Below are positions 25,728-37,919 of a DNA stretch of 37,919 bases, one piece after another. Source of the DNA: a candidate division WOR-3 bacterium (GTDB lineage: Bacteria; SDB-A); assembly GCA_016934535.1 (NCBI GenBank), contig JAFGSQ010000014.1, positions 1 through 37,919 on the forward strand, given 5' to 3'. A model generated the notes under the pieces. It saw only the letters and a program-made list of their open reading frames with translations, searched no databases and had not been told where the DNA came from. Made by a program: the position numbers and the translations under genes. Within the stretch, counting starts at the first letter, position 1; each line of letters begins with the position of its first letter.

Positions 25728-26684
25728 ATGTTGAAAAAAATACTTGTAACCGGCTCTGTAGGACAGATTGGATCAGAGCTGACTATGTACCTCAGAAGCA
25801 GATATGGAAATGAAAACGTAGTCGCCGGCATTCACAGGACCCAGCCGACTCAGAAACTTAAGGATTCGGGTCCATGCGAAACGGTTGACTGCAGAAATCC
25901 CGAAGCTCTCGGCAGAATTGCAGAAAAATACAAAATCAACACTATTTATCATCTTGCCGCCGTTCTTTCAGCCGCAGGTGAAAAGAATCCCCAGCTCGCT
26001 TGGGACATTAATATCAACGGACTATACAACGTACTTGAATTAGCCAGAGAAAAAAAGTGCGCGGTTTTCATTCCCAGTTCCATAGCCGCATTCGGTCCTG
26101 AAACCCCCAAAGACAAAACACCCCAGGACACTATTCAAAGGGTTTCAACCATGTATGGAGTGACTAAAGTTGCCGGAGAACTTCTTAGCGATTACTACTT
26201 CAAGAGGTTCGATGTTGACGCCAGAGGTCTAAGATACCCAGGCATAATTTCCTACGAAACTCTTCCCGGAGGAGGAACTACCGATTACGCCGTTGAAATA
26301 TTTTACGAAGCCATTAAAACAGGCAAATACAGCTGTTTCCTGAAATCAGATACGATGCTCGACATGATGTATATGCCTGACTGCATCAAGGCGACCGTTG
26401 ATGTCATGGAGGCTGATCCTTCAAGGCTAAAGCACAGAAACGCTTTTAACGTCACCGCGTTCAGCTGTACTCCGGAGCTTCTCGCTCGGGAAATTAAAAA
26501 ACACGTTTCTTCGTTCGAAATTTCATACGAAATAGATCAGGTAAAACAGGCAATAGCGGATTCCTGGCCTAACAGTCTCGATGACAGCGCAGCCAAGAAC
26601 GAATGGGGCTGGAAACCTGACTACGATCTTTCCGCAATGACAAAAGATATGCTGGAAAAACTGACTCATAAACTCAAAGGATAA
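25728..26684 (+). CDS. L-threonine 3-dehydrogenase, SDR (GalE-like) type
   Basis: GSVGQIG, HLAAVLSAAGE, PSSIAAFG, YGVTK, PGGGTTDYAV; adjacent to kbl. Confidence 0.9.
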   Translation: MLKKILVTGSVGQIGSELTMYLRSRYGNENVVAGIHRTQPTQKLKDSGPCETVDCRNPEALGRIAEKYKINTIYHLAAVLSAAGEKNPQLAWDININGLYNVLELAREKKCAVFIPSSIAAFGPETPKDKTPQDTIQRVSTMYGVTKVAGELLSDYYFKRFDVDARGLRYPGIISYETLPGGGTTDYAVEIFYEAIKTGKYSCFLKSDTMLDMMYMPDCIKATVDVMEADPSRLKHRNAFNVTAFSCTPELLAREIKKHVSSFEISYEIDQVKQAIADSWPNSLDDSAAKNEWGWKPDYDLSAMTKDMLEKLTHKLKG

Positions 26685-26695
26685 TCGGAGGAAAA

Positions 26696-27928
26696 ATGCC
26701 GGTCAATAAACTTGAAAACGTTCTGAAATGCTCTGTTTCCGACCTCAGGAAAAAAGGCACCGCCAAAGGCAAGGAATTCATAATCGAAAAAATAATCAAA
26801 CCACAGGACGAAAAAGGACCACGGTACATTCTAAAAGGTTTTGAAAACAGAGAATACATCAAAATGAATTCGAATTCCTATCTCGGAATGTCCCTCAGAA
26901 AAGAAGTTGTTGAAGCCGAGGAACACGCGGTGAGGGAATACGGCGTTGGGCCGGGTGCCGTAAGATTTATCAGCGGCAGTCACAAACCTCACAGGGACCT
27001 TGAAAAAAAACTGGCCGAATTTCACGGCAGAGAAGAAGCGATGATCTTCAGCTCCGCTTATGTTACAGTCATGGGAACTCTTGCCACGCTGGCGTCGCCT
27101 GACACTGTAATCATAAGCGATGAACTGAACCACAATTGCATAATAAACGCGGTCAGACTTTCCAGACCCAAGGACAAAACCATATATAAGCACAACGACG
27201 TAAACGACCTCGACGAAAAAATAAAAAGTTACGTCGGGAAAGCTTCCAGAATTCTGGTTGTCACTGACGGGATTTTCAGCATGAGAGGAGATTACGCCCC
27301 CCTCGATAAAATTTCCGAAGTCATAAAAAAATACGACAGCAAGTTCGACGAGAACATAGTCCTCGTTGTCGACGATTCACACGGTGTGGGGGCTTTCGGC
27401 AAGACCGGACGCGGAACCGAAGAATACACAAACTGCGGAAAAGTTGACGTTTTGATAGGCACTCTTGGAAAAGCTTACGGAGTAAATGGCGGATACATAA
27501 CTTCAAGCGAAACCATAGTCACCTTCCTCAGAGAATCGGCACCTATGTATATATACTCGAATCCAATAACCACCTCCGAAGCTGCGGCTGTAATAAAAGT
27601 ACTCGAATTACTCGAAAGTAAACAAGGCACCGAAATACTCGAACATTTGAGGAATATGACTAAAAAGTTCGAAAAAGGTCTTCTGGACCTGGGATTCGAG
27701 ATTATCGTCAGCGATCACCCGATAGTTCCTGTCCTCGTCAGGAATACAGAAAAAACAGCCGAACTCGTTAAGTTCCTCATAGACAACGGCGTCCTGGCTA
27801 CCGGTTTAAATTATCCGGTTGTTCCAAAAGGCGACGAGACCATAAGATTTCAGGTCAACGCCGATCACACCGCTTTCGATATCGACTGCGTCCTGGATAT
27901 CTTGAAAAAATACAAGGAAACACACTAA
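26696..27928 (+). CDS. kbl: Glycine C-acetyltransferase (2-amino-3-ketobutyrate CoA ligase)
   Basis: NSYLG, GAVRFISG, SDELNHNCII, DDSHG, GTLGKAYG, YPVVPKG; paired with the dehydrogenase. Confidence 0.85.
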   Translation: MPVNKLENVLKCSVSDLRKKGTAKGKEFIIEKIIKPQDEKGPRYILKGFENREYIKMNSNSYLGMSLRKEVVEAEEHAVREYGVGPGAVRFISGSHKPHRDLEKKLAEFHGREEAMIFSSAYVTVMGTLATLASPDTVIISDELNHNCIINAVRLSRPKDKTIYKHNDVNDLDEKIKSYVGKASRILVVTDGIFSMRGDYAPLDKISEVIKKYDSKFDENIVLVVDDSHGVGAFGKTGRGTEEYTNCGKVDVLIGTLGKAYGVNGGYITSSETIVTFLRESAPMYIYSNPITTSEAAAVIKVLELLESKQGTEILEHLRNMTKKFEKGLLDLGFEIIVSDHPIVPVLVRNTEKTAELVKFLIDNGVLATGLNYPVVPKGDETIRFQVNADHTAFDIDCVLDILKKYKETH

Positions 27929-27963
27929 AAAAGCGGGGAGGTGGTTTTCCTCCCCACTTTTTT
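27927..27963. terminator. Bidirectional intrinsic terminator
   Basis: AAAAAAG-C-GGGGAGG-tggtttt-CCTCCCC-A-CTTTTTT between convergent genes. Confidence 0.9.
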
Positions 27964-29456
27964 CAATCTTCGTAAGCGTCGTAGGCGTAATGTCCGATTT
28001 CGGTCACACCCACTTCGTAATCCTCTCCCTCAACAGAAATTACAAATTTTCTCGAAGGATGACTCTGCGGTACGAATAAATTTCTGGCGTCTTTTTCCTG
28101 TTTCTCCTTCTGCTGCATCGGATTTTTTCTGTATTCGAAATATTCTCTTGCCGGCTGGGGAAACAAGGCGTACGAAATGATGTCTTCTTCATCCTGAGTT
28201 ACGTTTTCGATCTCTTTTTTAACTTTTTCCCATTCGTTGCCTATCGTTTCGGCCGGTCTGCCTGTAATTACCTCTTCGTCCCCGATCGCCAGTTTCTTTA
28301 TTTTTTTGTCAATGGGCGCAGGAGTCCTTCCATACAGTCCCCTGCAAAGATCTTTGACCTCTTTAATTACCACTTTGTATCTCTCTCCGAGAAGAACGTT
28401 CATCGCTGCTTGAGTCCCGACTATCTGGCTCGTTGGCGTAACGAGAGGCACCCAACCGAGTTCTTCTCTCACTTTGGGGATTTCTTTGAGAACGTCTTCA
28501 AACTTGTCCATGGCGTCCTGTTTTTCAAGCTGGCTGACCAGATTTGAAAACATTCCTCCCGGTACCTGATAAATGAGCGCTCTGACGTCTACTCTTTCGG
28601 CCAGTTCTATCCAGTAGTTTGAATATTTTTCCCTGATCGAATTAAAATACGTTATGAGCTCGGGGAAATGCTCGTCTTTAACATCCGTCGGCGTTTTTGT
28701 TTCTTTCAGGGCTTCAACAATACTTTCGGTTGTAGGTTGGGAAGTACCCTGTGAGAGAGGTGAAATCGCCGTGTCGAGGTGGTCAACTCCTGCCTGTGCC
28801 GCCGCGTAGTAGCTAATGGGAGCCAATCCTGCACTGCAATGGCTGTGGAGACAAATCGGCAGTTTAATCTCTTTTTTCATTTTTGTGACCAGATTGTATG
28901 CCGCAGTCGGTGATATCAGGCCCGCCATGTCTTTAATGCATATTATGTCGACACCGAGGTTTTTCAGCTGTTTGCCTACATTGACGAACGTGTCCAGAGT
29001 GTGAACCGGGCTGATTGTGTAATTTACAGCTCCCTGAACAATCGCCCCGCAATTTTTAGCCGTTTCGATGGCTTTTTCCATGTTTCTGATATCGTTGAGA
29101 GCATCGAATATCCTGAAAACATCAATTCCGAGATCAAACGCTTTTTTGACAAATCTCTCGAGAATATCGTCCCCGTAATGCCTGTACCCTACAAGGTTCT
29201 GACCTCTGAGAAGCATCTGAAGGTGTGTGTTTTTTACCTTTTTTTTGAATTCCCTTATCCTGTCCCATGGACTTTGCTTCAGATATCTCAGGGCAGCATC
29301 AAAGGTCGCCCCACCCCACATTTCGAAGGACCAATAACCCATCTGATCCATCTTCTCGAGGATGGGGATCATGTCTTCTGTCCTGAAACGGGTCGCCATC
29401 AAAGACTGATGAGCGTCCCTGAAAACGGTCTCTGTAATTTTTACTGACATTTTCAC
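27963..29456 (-). CDS. Pyruvate/oxaloacetate carboxyltransferase (transcarboxylase 5S / OadA / PycB-like) without biotinyl domain
   Basis: RDAHQSL, WGGATFD, QMLLRGQN, IKDMAG, HSH, PLVTPTSQIVG; no MKM. Start GTG 29456 or ATG 29450. Confidence 0.92.
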   Translation of the reverse strand: MKMSVKITETVFRDAHQSLMATRFRTEDMIPILEKMDQMGYWSFEMWGGATFDAALRYLKQSPWDRIREFKKKVKNTHLQMLLRGQNLVGYRHYGDDILERFVKKAFDLGIDVFRIFDALNDIRNMEKAIETAKNCGAIVQGAVNYTISPVHTLDTFVNVGKQLKNLGVDIICIKDMAGLISPTAAYNLVTKMKKEIKLPICLHSHCSAGLAPISYYAAAQAGVDHLDTAISPLSQGTSQPTTESIVEALKETKTPTDVKDEHFPELITYFNSIREKYSNYWIELAERVDVRALIYQVPGGMFSNLVSQLEKQDAMDKFEDVLKEIPKVREELGWVPLVTPTSQIVGTQAAMNVLLGERYKVVIKEVKDLCRGLYGRTPAPIDKKIKKLAIGDEEVITGRPAETIGNEWEKVKKEIENVTQDEEDIISYALFPQPAREYFEYRKNPMQQKEKQEKDARNLFVPQSHPSRKFVISVEGEDYEVGVTEIGHYAYDAYED

Positions 29457-29854
29457 TCCATTCCTATCAAAGGTTCACCCGCCATGACGCTTTGTCCTTT
29501 CGAGCAGAATATTTCAGTAACTTTTCCGTCATCATTCGCGTTGATCGCGGTTTCCATTTTCATCGCTTCGAGTTTGAGAAGCAAATCGCCCGTTTTCACT
29601 TCATCGCCTATTTTTACATCAATTGACAGAATGGTACCTGACATAGGCGCCGTTACTTTTTTTCCTTGTCCCGAAGACTTCGGTTTTTGAGTTTCGATTT
29701 TTGAAACAGTCTCTCTTGGAACAATTTGGGGAGAAGGAGGGATGTACGGTTTGTTTAACTGAGCGACAGTTCTTATCTGTTCAGGTGAAGTTACTTCTTC
29801 GACCTCTACTTCGAATTTTTTTCCTTTGAACATAATTTCATATTTTCTCTTCAT
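29453..29854 (-). CDS. Biotin carboxyl carrier protein (1.3S-like)
   Basis: APMSGTI, LEAMKME. Start moved to ATG 29854 (ATGA overlap with upstream stop). Confidence 0.92.
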   Translation of the reverse strand: MKRKYEIMFKGKKFEVEVEEVTSPEQIRTVAQLNKPYIPPSPQIVPRETVSKIETQKPKSSGQGKKVTAPMSGTILSIDVKIGDEVKTGDLLLKLEAMKMETAINANDDGKVTEIFCSKGQSVMAGEPLIGME

Positions 29855-30045
29855 TTCTTCCACCCTCTCTTCAATGAAAATTTTTGGGACAACACCATTT
29901 GACGTCTTGTTATGCCCCAAAGATTTATATCACTCGTGTGAACAGGTTTTATTGAAAGGATCTTGCAGGCTATCCTCTCATTTTTGAAATATTCCGAAAG
30001 GGCCGCAAAAATGAGAACAAATTTTTCTTCAGGTATTTCTTTCAT
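29851..30045 (-). CDS. Small soluble carboxyltransferase accessory subunit (OadG/MmdD tail or epsilon-like)
   Basis: GAGGAG SD; fills the gap between 12S and BCCP; LIFAALSEY..W..RRQ pattern; no TM helix. Confidence 0.7.
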   Translation of the reverse strand: MKEIPEEKFVLIFAALSEYFKNERIACKILSIKPVHTSDINLWGITRRQMVLSQKFSLKRGWKK

Positions 30046-30054
30046 ATCGTCTCC

Positions 30055-31608
30055 TCACAGCGGCATGTTATCGTGTTTTTTTGAGGGAAGAGAATCCTGT
30101 TTCGTGACGAGAATTGACAGAGCACTCGCAAGTCTCAGTCTCGTTTCTTCAGGAAGAATGATCATGTCGACGAGGCCTTTTTTCGCCGCTTCGTAAGGAT
30201 TAGTCGCGGTAAAAGTATATTGTTCTATTAATTCCTTTCTTTTATCTGCCGGATCTGCCGCGGCATTTATGGCTTTGCTGAAAATGACATCAACGGCGCC
30301 TTCGGCACCCATAACAGCTATTTCAGCCTGAGGCCAGGCCATCACAAAATCGGCTCCTAGGTCTTTATTGCACATAGCCACCGAGGCGCCTCCGTAAGAC
30401 TTCCGAAGGGTTACGTTAATTTTGGGTACAGTCGCCTCCGAATACGCGTAAAGCAATTTAGCTCCGTGCCGTATAATCCCTCCGAATTCCTGCGTTTTAC
30501 CCGGCAGAAACCCAGGTGTGTCAACGAAAGTTACGATGGGGATATTAAAAGCGTCGCAAAACCTTATGAATCTCGCGGCTTTGTCCGATGAGTTTATGTC
30601 CAGGCATCCGGCGAGAACCTTTGGCTGGTTTGCGACAATACCTGCTGAAATACCTGCTATGCGGGCAAACCCGATCACCATGTTCTGCGCATACAGCGGC
30701 TGAACCTCGAAAAAATCACCGTCATCGACTATTTTTTTTATAACCTCGACGACATCGTAAGACTGTTTGCTTTCGGTCGGAACCAGATATCTCAAGTCCA
30801 TGTCGGCGCGGTTTATGTCGTCGCCTGAGTTGTGATATGGAGGATCATCCATGTTGTTCGAAGGTATATAAGACAGGAGTTTTTTTACCATTTCGAAGCA
30901 TTCTTCTTCGTTCTGAGCTATGAAATGTCCGTTTCCGCTCACTGCGTTGTGAGTGTATGCGCCTCCGAGTTCTTCGGAGGAGACGTCTTCTGCAGTGACC
31001 GCTTTTATGACTTTCGGTCCCGTTATGTACATGTTGCTCACGCCGTCGACGAGAAAAACGAAATCCGTCAGAGCCGGACTGTAAACCGCTCCGCCTGCGC
31101 AGGGTCCGAGTATTATACTGATCTGCGGTATAACTCCCGAGCTTCTTGAATTTCTGAAAAATATCTGACCGTAGCCGTGAAGTGAATCGACTCCTTCCTG
31201 AATTCTCGCGCCTCCCGAATCGTTTATCCCGATTACCGGAGCTCCAGTTTTGAGAGCAAGATCCTGAATTTTAGCAATTTTTAACGCGTGCATTTCGCCG
31301 AGAGCGCCGCCGAAAACAGTGAAATCCTGAGAAAAAACGTAAACGAGCCTTCCGTTGATAAATCCGTATCCTGTCACGACCCCCTCACCGGGCAGTTCTT
31401 TTTCCTTCATGCCGAATTGTTCGGCTCTGTGGTGTATGAGCATGTCGGTTTCTATGAAGGAACCTTTGTCGAGAAGTAAAGACAATCTTTCTCTGGCCGT
31501 TTTTTTGTTTTTCGCGTGCTGTTTCGCGGCTCTCTGTCCGTCTATGTCAAGAACGATTTCTTTTCTGTCGACAAGGTCCTGAATCAACTCGTTTATGTTT
31601 TTCTTCAT
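30055..31608 (-). CDS. Acyl-CoA carboxyltransferase (transcarboxylase 12S / MmdA / PccB family)
   Basis: TARERL, QDFTVFGG, DSGGARIQEG, CAGGAVYSP, DTPGFLPG, IAVMGAEGA, KKHDNMPL. Confidence 0.94.
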   Translation of the reverse strand: MKKNINELIQDLVDRKEIVLDIDGQRAAKQHAKNKKTARERLSLLLDKGSFIETDMLIHHRAEQFGMKEKELPGEGVVTGYGFINGRLVYVFSQDFTVFGGALGEMHALKIAKIQDLALKTGAPVIGINDSGGARIQEGVDSLHGYGQIFFRNSRSSGVIPQISIILGPCAGGAVYSPALTDFVFLVDGVSNMYITGPKVIKAVTAEDVSSEELGGAYTHNAVSGNGHFIAQNEEECFEMVKKLLSYIPSNNMDDPPYHNSGDDINRADMDLRYLVPTESKQSYDVVEVIKKIVDDGDFFEVQPLYAQNMVIGFARIAGISAGIVANQPKVLAGCLDINSSDKAARFIRFCDAFNIPIVTFVDTPGFLPGKTQEFGGIIRHGAKLLYAYSEATVPKINVTLRKSYGGASVAMCNKDLGADFVMAWPQAEIAVMGAEGAVDVIFSKAINAAADPADKRKELIEQYTFTATNPYEAAKKGLVDMIILPEETRLRLASALSILVTKQDSLPSKKHDNMPL

Positions 31609-31619
31609 TCTACCCCCTT

Positions 31620-34052
31620 TCAGTCATTTTGAGATACGAGAGCCGCACCGACGAGTTTGCCGTCCTCTTCGAGTCTCATCAACCGCACGCCCTGCGTATT
31701 TCTCGCCGTTTTTCTTATTTCATTGACAGGGATTCTTATCACCTTCCCTGTCTGGCTGATCAGGATCAGTTCATCGTCCTCGGTTGGAGCGATGACAGTG
31801 ACAACGTCTCCGTTTCTTTCACTTGTGTTTATTCCGATGACTCCCTTCCCTCCTCTGTGGTGGCGGGGATAATCTTCATCGTAAGTGAGCTTTCCAAAAC
31901 CATTTTCACAAGCCGTGAAGATGAGTGTTTTTTTGTCTTCCTGCTTGTCTATCCTGACCATTCCCACTACATAATCCCCGTTGTCAAGTTTTATGCCTTT
32001 TACTCCTCCCGCAGTCCTGCCCATTTTTCGCACTTCTTTTTCACAGAAGCAAATTGCTTTTCCTTTGCGGGTTGCCAAAAGAATGTCGTCTTCTCCGTTA
32101 GTGACAGTGGCGTCTACAAGTTCGTCGTCCCATTCAAGAGAAAGCGCTTTTATACTGCGTTTTTGCGGTCTGGAAAACACATCGAGAGAACACTTTTTTA
32201 CGTTGCCTTTTTTTGTCAACATCAAAATGAATTTATCCTTTGAAAAATCTCTGACGGACAAAACATTCTTTATGTTTTCTTTCGAGAGATCGAGTATGTT
32301 GGCAAGAGATCTCCCCCTGGCGTCTCTTGCCGCTTCAGGTATGTTGAAAACTCTCAGCCAGTGAAGTTTTCCCCTGTCTGTGAAACAAAGCAGGTAATCG
32401 TGTGTGGAAGCGACGTAAAGGTCTATCACATAATCCTCGGAATAGGCTTTGGTGCCTATCACTCCTTTTCCGCCTCTCGACTGCTGTTTGTAGGCTGAAA
32501 CCGAAAGTCTTTTTATGTAACCTTTTTTTGTCAGGGTAATGACTACGTCTTCTTCCTGTATGAGATCTTCTATGTTTACTTCTTCAAGTTCGTCGTGTCT
32601 TATCTCGGTTCTTCTCTTGTCCCCGTAAACCGATTTAATCTGCCTGAATTCGTCTTTTAAAAGATTAAGAAGAAGCTGTCTCGATTCGAGAATGGCTCTG
32701 AGTTTGGCGATTTCTTTTATTAGTGAAAGATACTCGTCCTCGATTTTTTTCGCTTCCAGGGAAGTTAACCTTGCAAGTTTCATGTCGAGAATCGCCTGAG
32801 CCTGAATTTCGGTCAGAGAAAATTTTTTCTGCAGGTTTTTGTTTGCCGTTTCGGTGTCTGTCGATTTTTTTATCGTATCAATGACGGCGTCAATGTTCGC
32901 GAGCGCTTTTTTCAGTCCCTCGAGTATGTGAGCCCGTTTTTCCGCCTCCCCCAGTTCAAATTGCGTTCTCCTTTTTACAACTATTTCTCTGTGATCGAGG
33001 AAACATTTCAGCATTTGCCTGAGTGAGAGCGTTTTTGGAGCGCCGTCGACAATGGAAAGCATGAGACAGCTGAAAGAAGCCCTCAGCTGGGTGTGTTTGA
33101 ACAGTTGATTGAGGACTATTCTCGAATCAGAATCCTTTTTTATGTCGACGACGATTCTCATGCCTGTTCTGTCCGATTCGTCTCTTATGTCTGAAATTCC
33201 TTCGATTTTCTTTTCTTTGACGAGTTCAGCTATTTTCATTATGAGAGCAGATTTGTTCACCAGATAGGGTATCTCGTCAATTATGATTTTTTCCTTTGAA
33301 GATTTTTTCGGTTCTTCTATATGCACTTTGGATTCGACTACGACTTGACCCCTTCCCGTAGCGTAAGCGGATCTTATGCCTTTTGTGCCGATTATTATCC
33401 CTCCCGTGGGAAAATCAGGTCCCGGGACAAGTTTGAGAAGTTTTTTGTCATCGAGTTCGGGGTCGTCAGTCAAAGCGATGCAGGCGTCTATTATCTCAGA
33501 TATGTTGTGAGGCGGTATATTCGTGGCTATGCCGACCCCTATTCCGGACGATCCATTGACGAGGAGATTGGGGAATTTTGCCGGCAGAATAACAGGTTCC
33601 GACTGGGATCCGTCAAAATTCGGAATAAAATCAACCGTATCTTTATCTATATCCGCCAGAAGCTCGGCGGCTATTTTACCCAGTCGGGTTTCCGTGTATC
33701 TGTATGCCGCGGCAGAATCTCCGTCCACGCTTCCGAAATTGCCCTGGCCTTCCAGCAGAGGGTATCTCAGGGAAAAATCCTGCACCATCCTGACCAGTGT
33801 GTCGTAAACGGCCGCGTCTCCGTGAGGGTGAAATTTTCCAAGCACTTCTCCGACGACAGTCGCGGATTTCTTGAAGGGTTTGTTGTGATAAAGGCCAATT
33901 TCTTTCATCGCGTAAAGAATCCGGCGATGTACCGGTTTCAGCCCGTCTCTCACATCAGGAATGGCTCTTCCTATATTTACGCTCATCGCGTAATCTATGT
34001 ATGAATCCTGTACTTCTTTCTCTATGCTTATAGGTTCCAAATTCTTTTGCAC
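31620..34052 (-). CDS. gyrA: DNA gyrase subunit A
   Basis: [19 protein letters not shown] catalytic Tyr, GyrA-box QSRGGKG, CTD blades. Start moved to GTG 34052 (GGAGG SD). Confidence 0.97.
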   Translation of the reverse strand: MQKNLEPISIEKEVQDSYIDYAMSVNIGRAIPDVRDGLKPVHRRILYAMKEIGLYHNKPFKKSATVVGEVLGKFHPHGDAAVYDTLVRMVQDFSLRYPLLEGQGNFGSVDGDSAAAYRYTETRLGKIAAELLADIDKDTVDFIPNFDGSQSEPVILPAKFPNLLVNGSSGIGVGIATNIPPHNISEIIDACIALTDDPELDDKKLLKLVPGPDFPTGGIIIGTKGIRSAYATGRGQVVVESKVHIEEPKKSSKEKIIIDEIPYLVNKSALIMKIAELVKEKKIEGISDIRDESDRTGMRIVVDIKKDSDSRIVLNQLFKHTQLRASFSCLMLSIVDGAPKTLSLRQMLKCFLDHREIVVKRRTQFELGEAEKRAHILEGLKKALANIDAVIDTIKKSTDTETANKNLQKKFSLTEIQAQAILDMKLARLTSLEAKKIEDEYLSLIKEIAKLRAILESRQLLLNLLKDEFRQIKSVYGDKRRTEIRHDELEEVNIEDLIQEEDVVITLTKKGYIKRLSVSAYKQQSRGGKGVIGTKAYSEDYVIDLYVASTHDYLLCFTDRGKLHWLRVFNIPEAARDARGRSLANILDLSKENIKNVLSVRDFSKDKFILMLTKKGNVKKCSLDVFSRPQKRSIKALSLEWDDELVDATVTNGEDDILLATRKGKAICFCEKEVRKMGRTAGGVKGIKLDNGDYVVGMVRIDKQEDKKTLIFTACENGFGKLTYDEDYPRHHRGGKGVIGINTSERNGDVVTVIAPTEDDELILISQTGKVIRIPVNEIRKTARNTQGVRLMRLEEDGKLVGAALVSQND

Positions 34053-34065
34053 TTCTGTTCCTCCG

Positions 34066-36309
<2,244 letters not shown>

Positions 36310-36338
<29 letters not shown>

Positions 36339-37398
36339 ATCCGCTGCTGATGTTGAAAAATGAACTTACTTTTTTTTCTGAAATAACTCCCTTGTCCGCT
36401 GAAGCGAGAAGGACCTGAGGGTAAGAAACCAGTTTGTCCTCAAGCTTAAGAACTGTTTTTGCGTCTAGTTCAATAAAAGCCTCGTCTATTACAATAACCG
36501 GGTATTCATTGGCGTAATTCCTGTATATATCGACCTCTGCAAGTCTGAACAAAAAACACAAAAGCCTCTGTTGTCCTCTCGAGGAAAATTTCGAAGCGTC
36601 AAGGCCGTTCAAAAAAAAGATAAAATCATCTCTGTGGGGTCCCTGAGAAGTCGTCATCAAAGCCAGGTCCCTGACTATGTTTGCCGACATTTTAACCGCT
36701 ATGTCTCCGCTTTTCACAGAAGGTTCGTATCTCATGTCAAAACTATCGAAAGACATGTCCATTTCGCCAATCAGCCTGAGAATGTTCTCTTTAAGAACAT
36801 TTATGATCTTGCCCCTTTCACACACCAGATATTCTCCGTAAAGAGAAAGCATTTTATCCCAGTAAGCGACTTCAGAATTGTTGCTTTCTTTGTTTCTTAT
36901 TCTTTCAAGAAGAGCGTTTCTCTGTCGCAGAGTCTTGTTGTACCATCTCAGCGACTTCAAATATTCGCCGTCAACCGAAGAAAGGAGTATGTCTAATGCC
37001 CTGCGCCTCTGAGATGATCCTTGAGCGATGACGTCGGCATCTTCAGGAGAAAAAGGAATCACGGCAAGTTCGCCTATCAGGTCGGATTTCTTTTCAAGCT
37101 TTATATCGTTTTTCCTGAATTCTTTTTTTCTGTCAGAATATTTAATGCCGAGCGTTGTCTCTTTCTCTTTTTTTTCAAACGTTACGGATACGGCAAAACC
37201 CGTTGAAGAAAATCTGACAAGCTCCTCCTCTGGCGCGTTTCTGATGGATTTTCCGTAAGAAATATAATGCAGAGCTTCTAGCATGTTTGTTTTTCCGCTT
37301 CCGTTGTCTCCGTGAAAAAAATTTATTCCTCTATCGAAATTGAGGCTGGCATTTTCAAAATTCCTGAAATTTTTCAGGTGAAGATGTTTTATGAGCAA
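36310..37398 (-). CDS. recF: DNA replication and repair protein RecF
   Basis: LKNFRN, GDNGSGKTN, QRNALL, GPHRDD, SRGQQR, IDE..ELD; TTG start. Confidence 0.95.
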
Positions 37399-37401
37399 TA
37401 A

Positions 37402-37788
37402 TTATTCCTCTTGAAGGAGGTAGACAGGGACGAATATTTCGACACTGTCTATGTCTGACACCGGGAAAAGCCAATCTCCAACCGCAAGTCTTATCAAAGA
37501 CTGGAGGGTAGAGTCCTTAAGCGTGCATTCATCGAGATTTACGGATTCAACGCTTCCGTTTTTCATCACAAAAAAATGAAGGGTGAAATTTCCGTTTACA
37601 TCAGGATTGACATAAAGCCTGCTTTTGTAAAGTTTCGCTATGGTGTCTTTTTGAATATCGAAATAGTATTCAAGAGATTCAGGCGATCTGTTTCCAACAA
37701 GTCCGCTTTCCCATCTTATCTCCGGAGTTTTTGGTCCGCAGGACAGGAACAGAAAAATAAATAAAACTGGTATGTATATATATTTCAA
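37402..37788 (-). CDS. Small lipoprotein with TonB-C-like (AgmX/PglI C-terminal) domain
   Basis: AGGAGG SD with TTG start; FLSC lipobox; LYKSRL..NPDVNGNFTLHFFV..NGSV..WLFP pattern. Confidence 0.7.
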   Translation of the reverse strand: MKYIYIPVLFIFLFLSCGPKTPEIRWESGLVGNRSPESLEYYFDIQKDTIAKLYKSRLYVNPDVNGNFTLHFFVMKNGSVESVNLDECTLKDSTLQSLIRLAVGDWLFPVSDIDSVEIFVPVYLLQEE

Positions 37789-37807
37789 ACCACACCTCCT
37801 TGCGTTT

Positions 37808-37837
37808 ATTATAGTACACTTATCAATATCTAATCAA
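37808..37837 (-). promoter_or_regulatory. Sigma70-type promoter heading the lipoprotein-recF-gyr run
   Basis: TTGATT(37837-37832)-N18-TATAAT(37813-37808). Confidence 0.6.
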
Positions 37838-37919
37838 GGCAGAAATGTAACCATTTTGCTGAATTCTGTCAGTTGATTTTACAGATTTTTTGTCAGTTTT
37901 TAAGATTGTACACCAAACA

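Noticed and set aside
27963-31608. Na+-pumping decarboxylase or pyruvate carboxylase operon
   Set aside because: No membrane beta subunit, anchored gamma/delta subunit or biotin carboxylase within the cluster. Partners elsewhere in the genome cannot be excluded.
33321-34004. Long antisense ORFs over gyrA (227 aa, and 204 aa at 31629..32243) and similar shadows over other genes
   Set aside because: Opposite conserved genes, no recognisable motifs, and expected from codon bias.

Overview
Gene-dense (about 31 CDS, standard code) chromosomal segment, mostly housekeeping. No mobile element, CRISPR array or RNA gene was recognised. The host is probably an anaerobic, peptide-fermenting diderm. A C25 peptidase with a T9SS-like tail, DUF4837 and several lipoproteins suggest an FCB-affiliated candidate lineage such as WOR-3 (inference only). 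Content in order: (1) a gene missed by the ORF track (851..<1, minus) encoding an acidic protein with at least four tandem 25-aa C4 zinc-ribbon repeats; (2) dapH-aminotransferase-rsmB-ahcY-GH18-like-SpoU methylase; (3) C25 peptidase-DUF4837-TPR-efp-rqcH; (4) a degenerate methyltransferase plus ligA, which appears to need a CTG/ATT start; (5) an accessory block with an sAC/ADCY10-type cyclase-STAND NTPase-TPR gene coupled to orphan formyl- and acetyltransferase genes, two lipoproteins, a second non-canonical cyclase, and a GT-C/TPR glycosyltransferase that appears to need an ATA start; (6) threonine dehydrogenase-kbl; (7) a nine-gene minus-strand run in which lipoprotein-recF-dciA-gyrB-gyrA continues into a transcarboxylase-like cluster (12S, small subunit, biotin carrier, 5S) with no biotin carboxylase or Na+ pump gene. 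The best novelty candidates are the zinc-ribbon repeat protein, the cyclase-STAND/acyltransferase operon, the gyrase-linked transcarboxylase and the two non-canonical starts. All calls come from motif reading, with no database searches.
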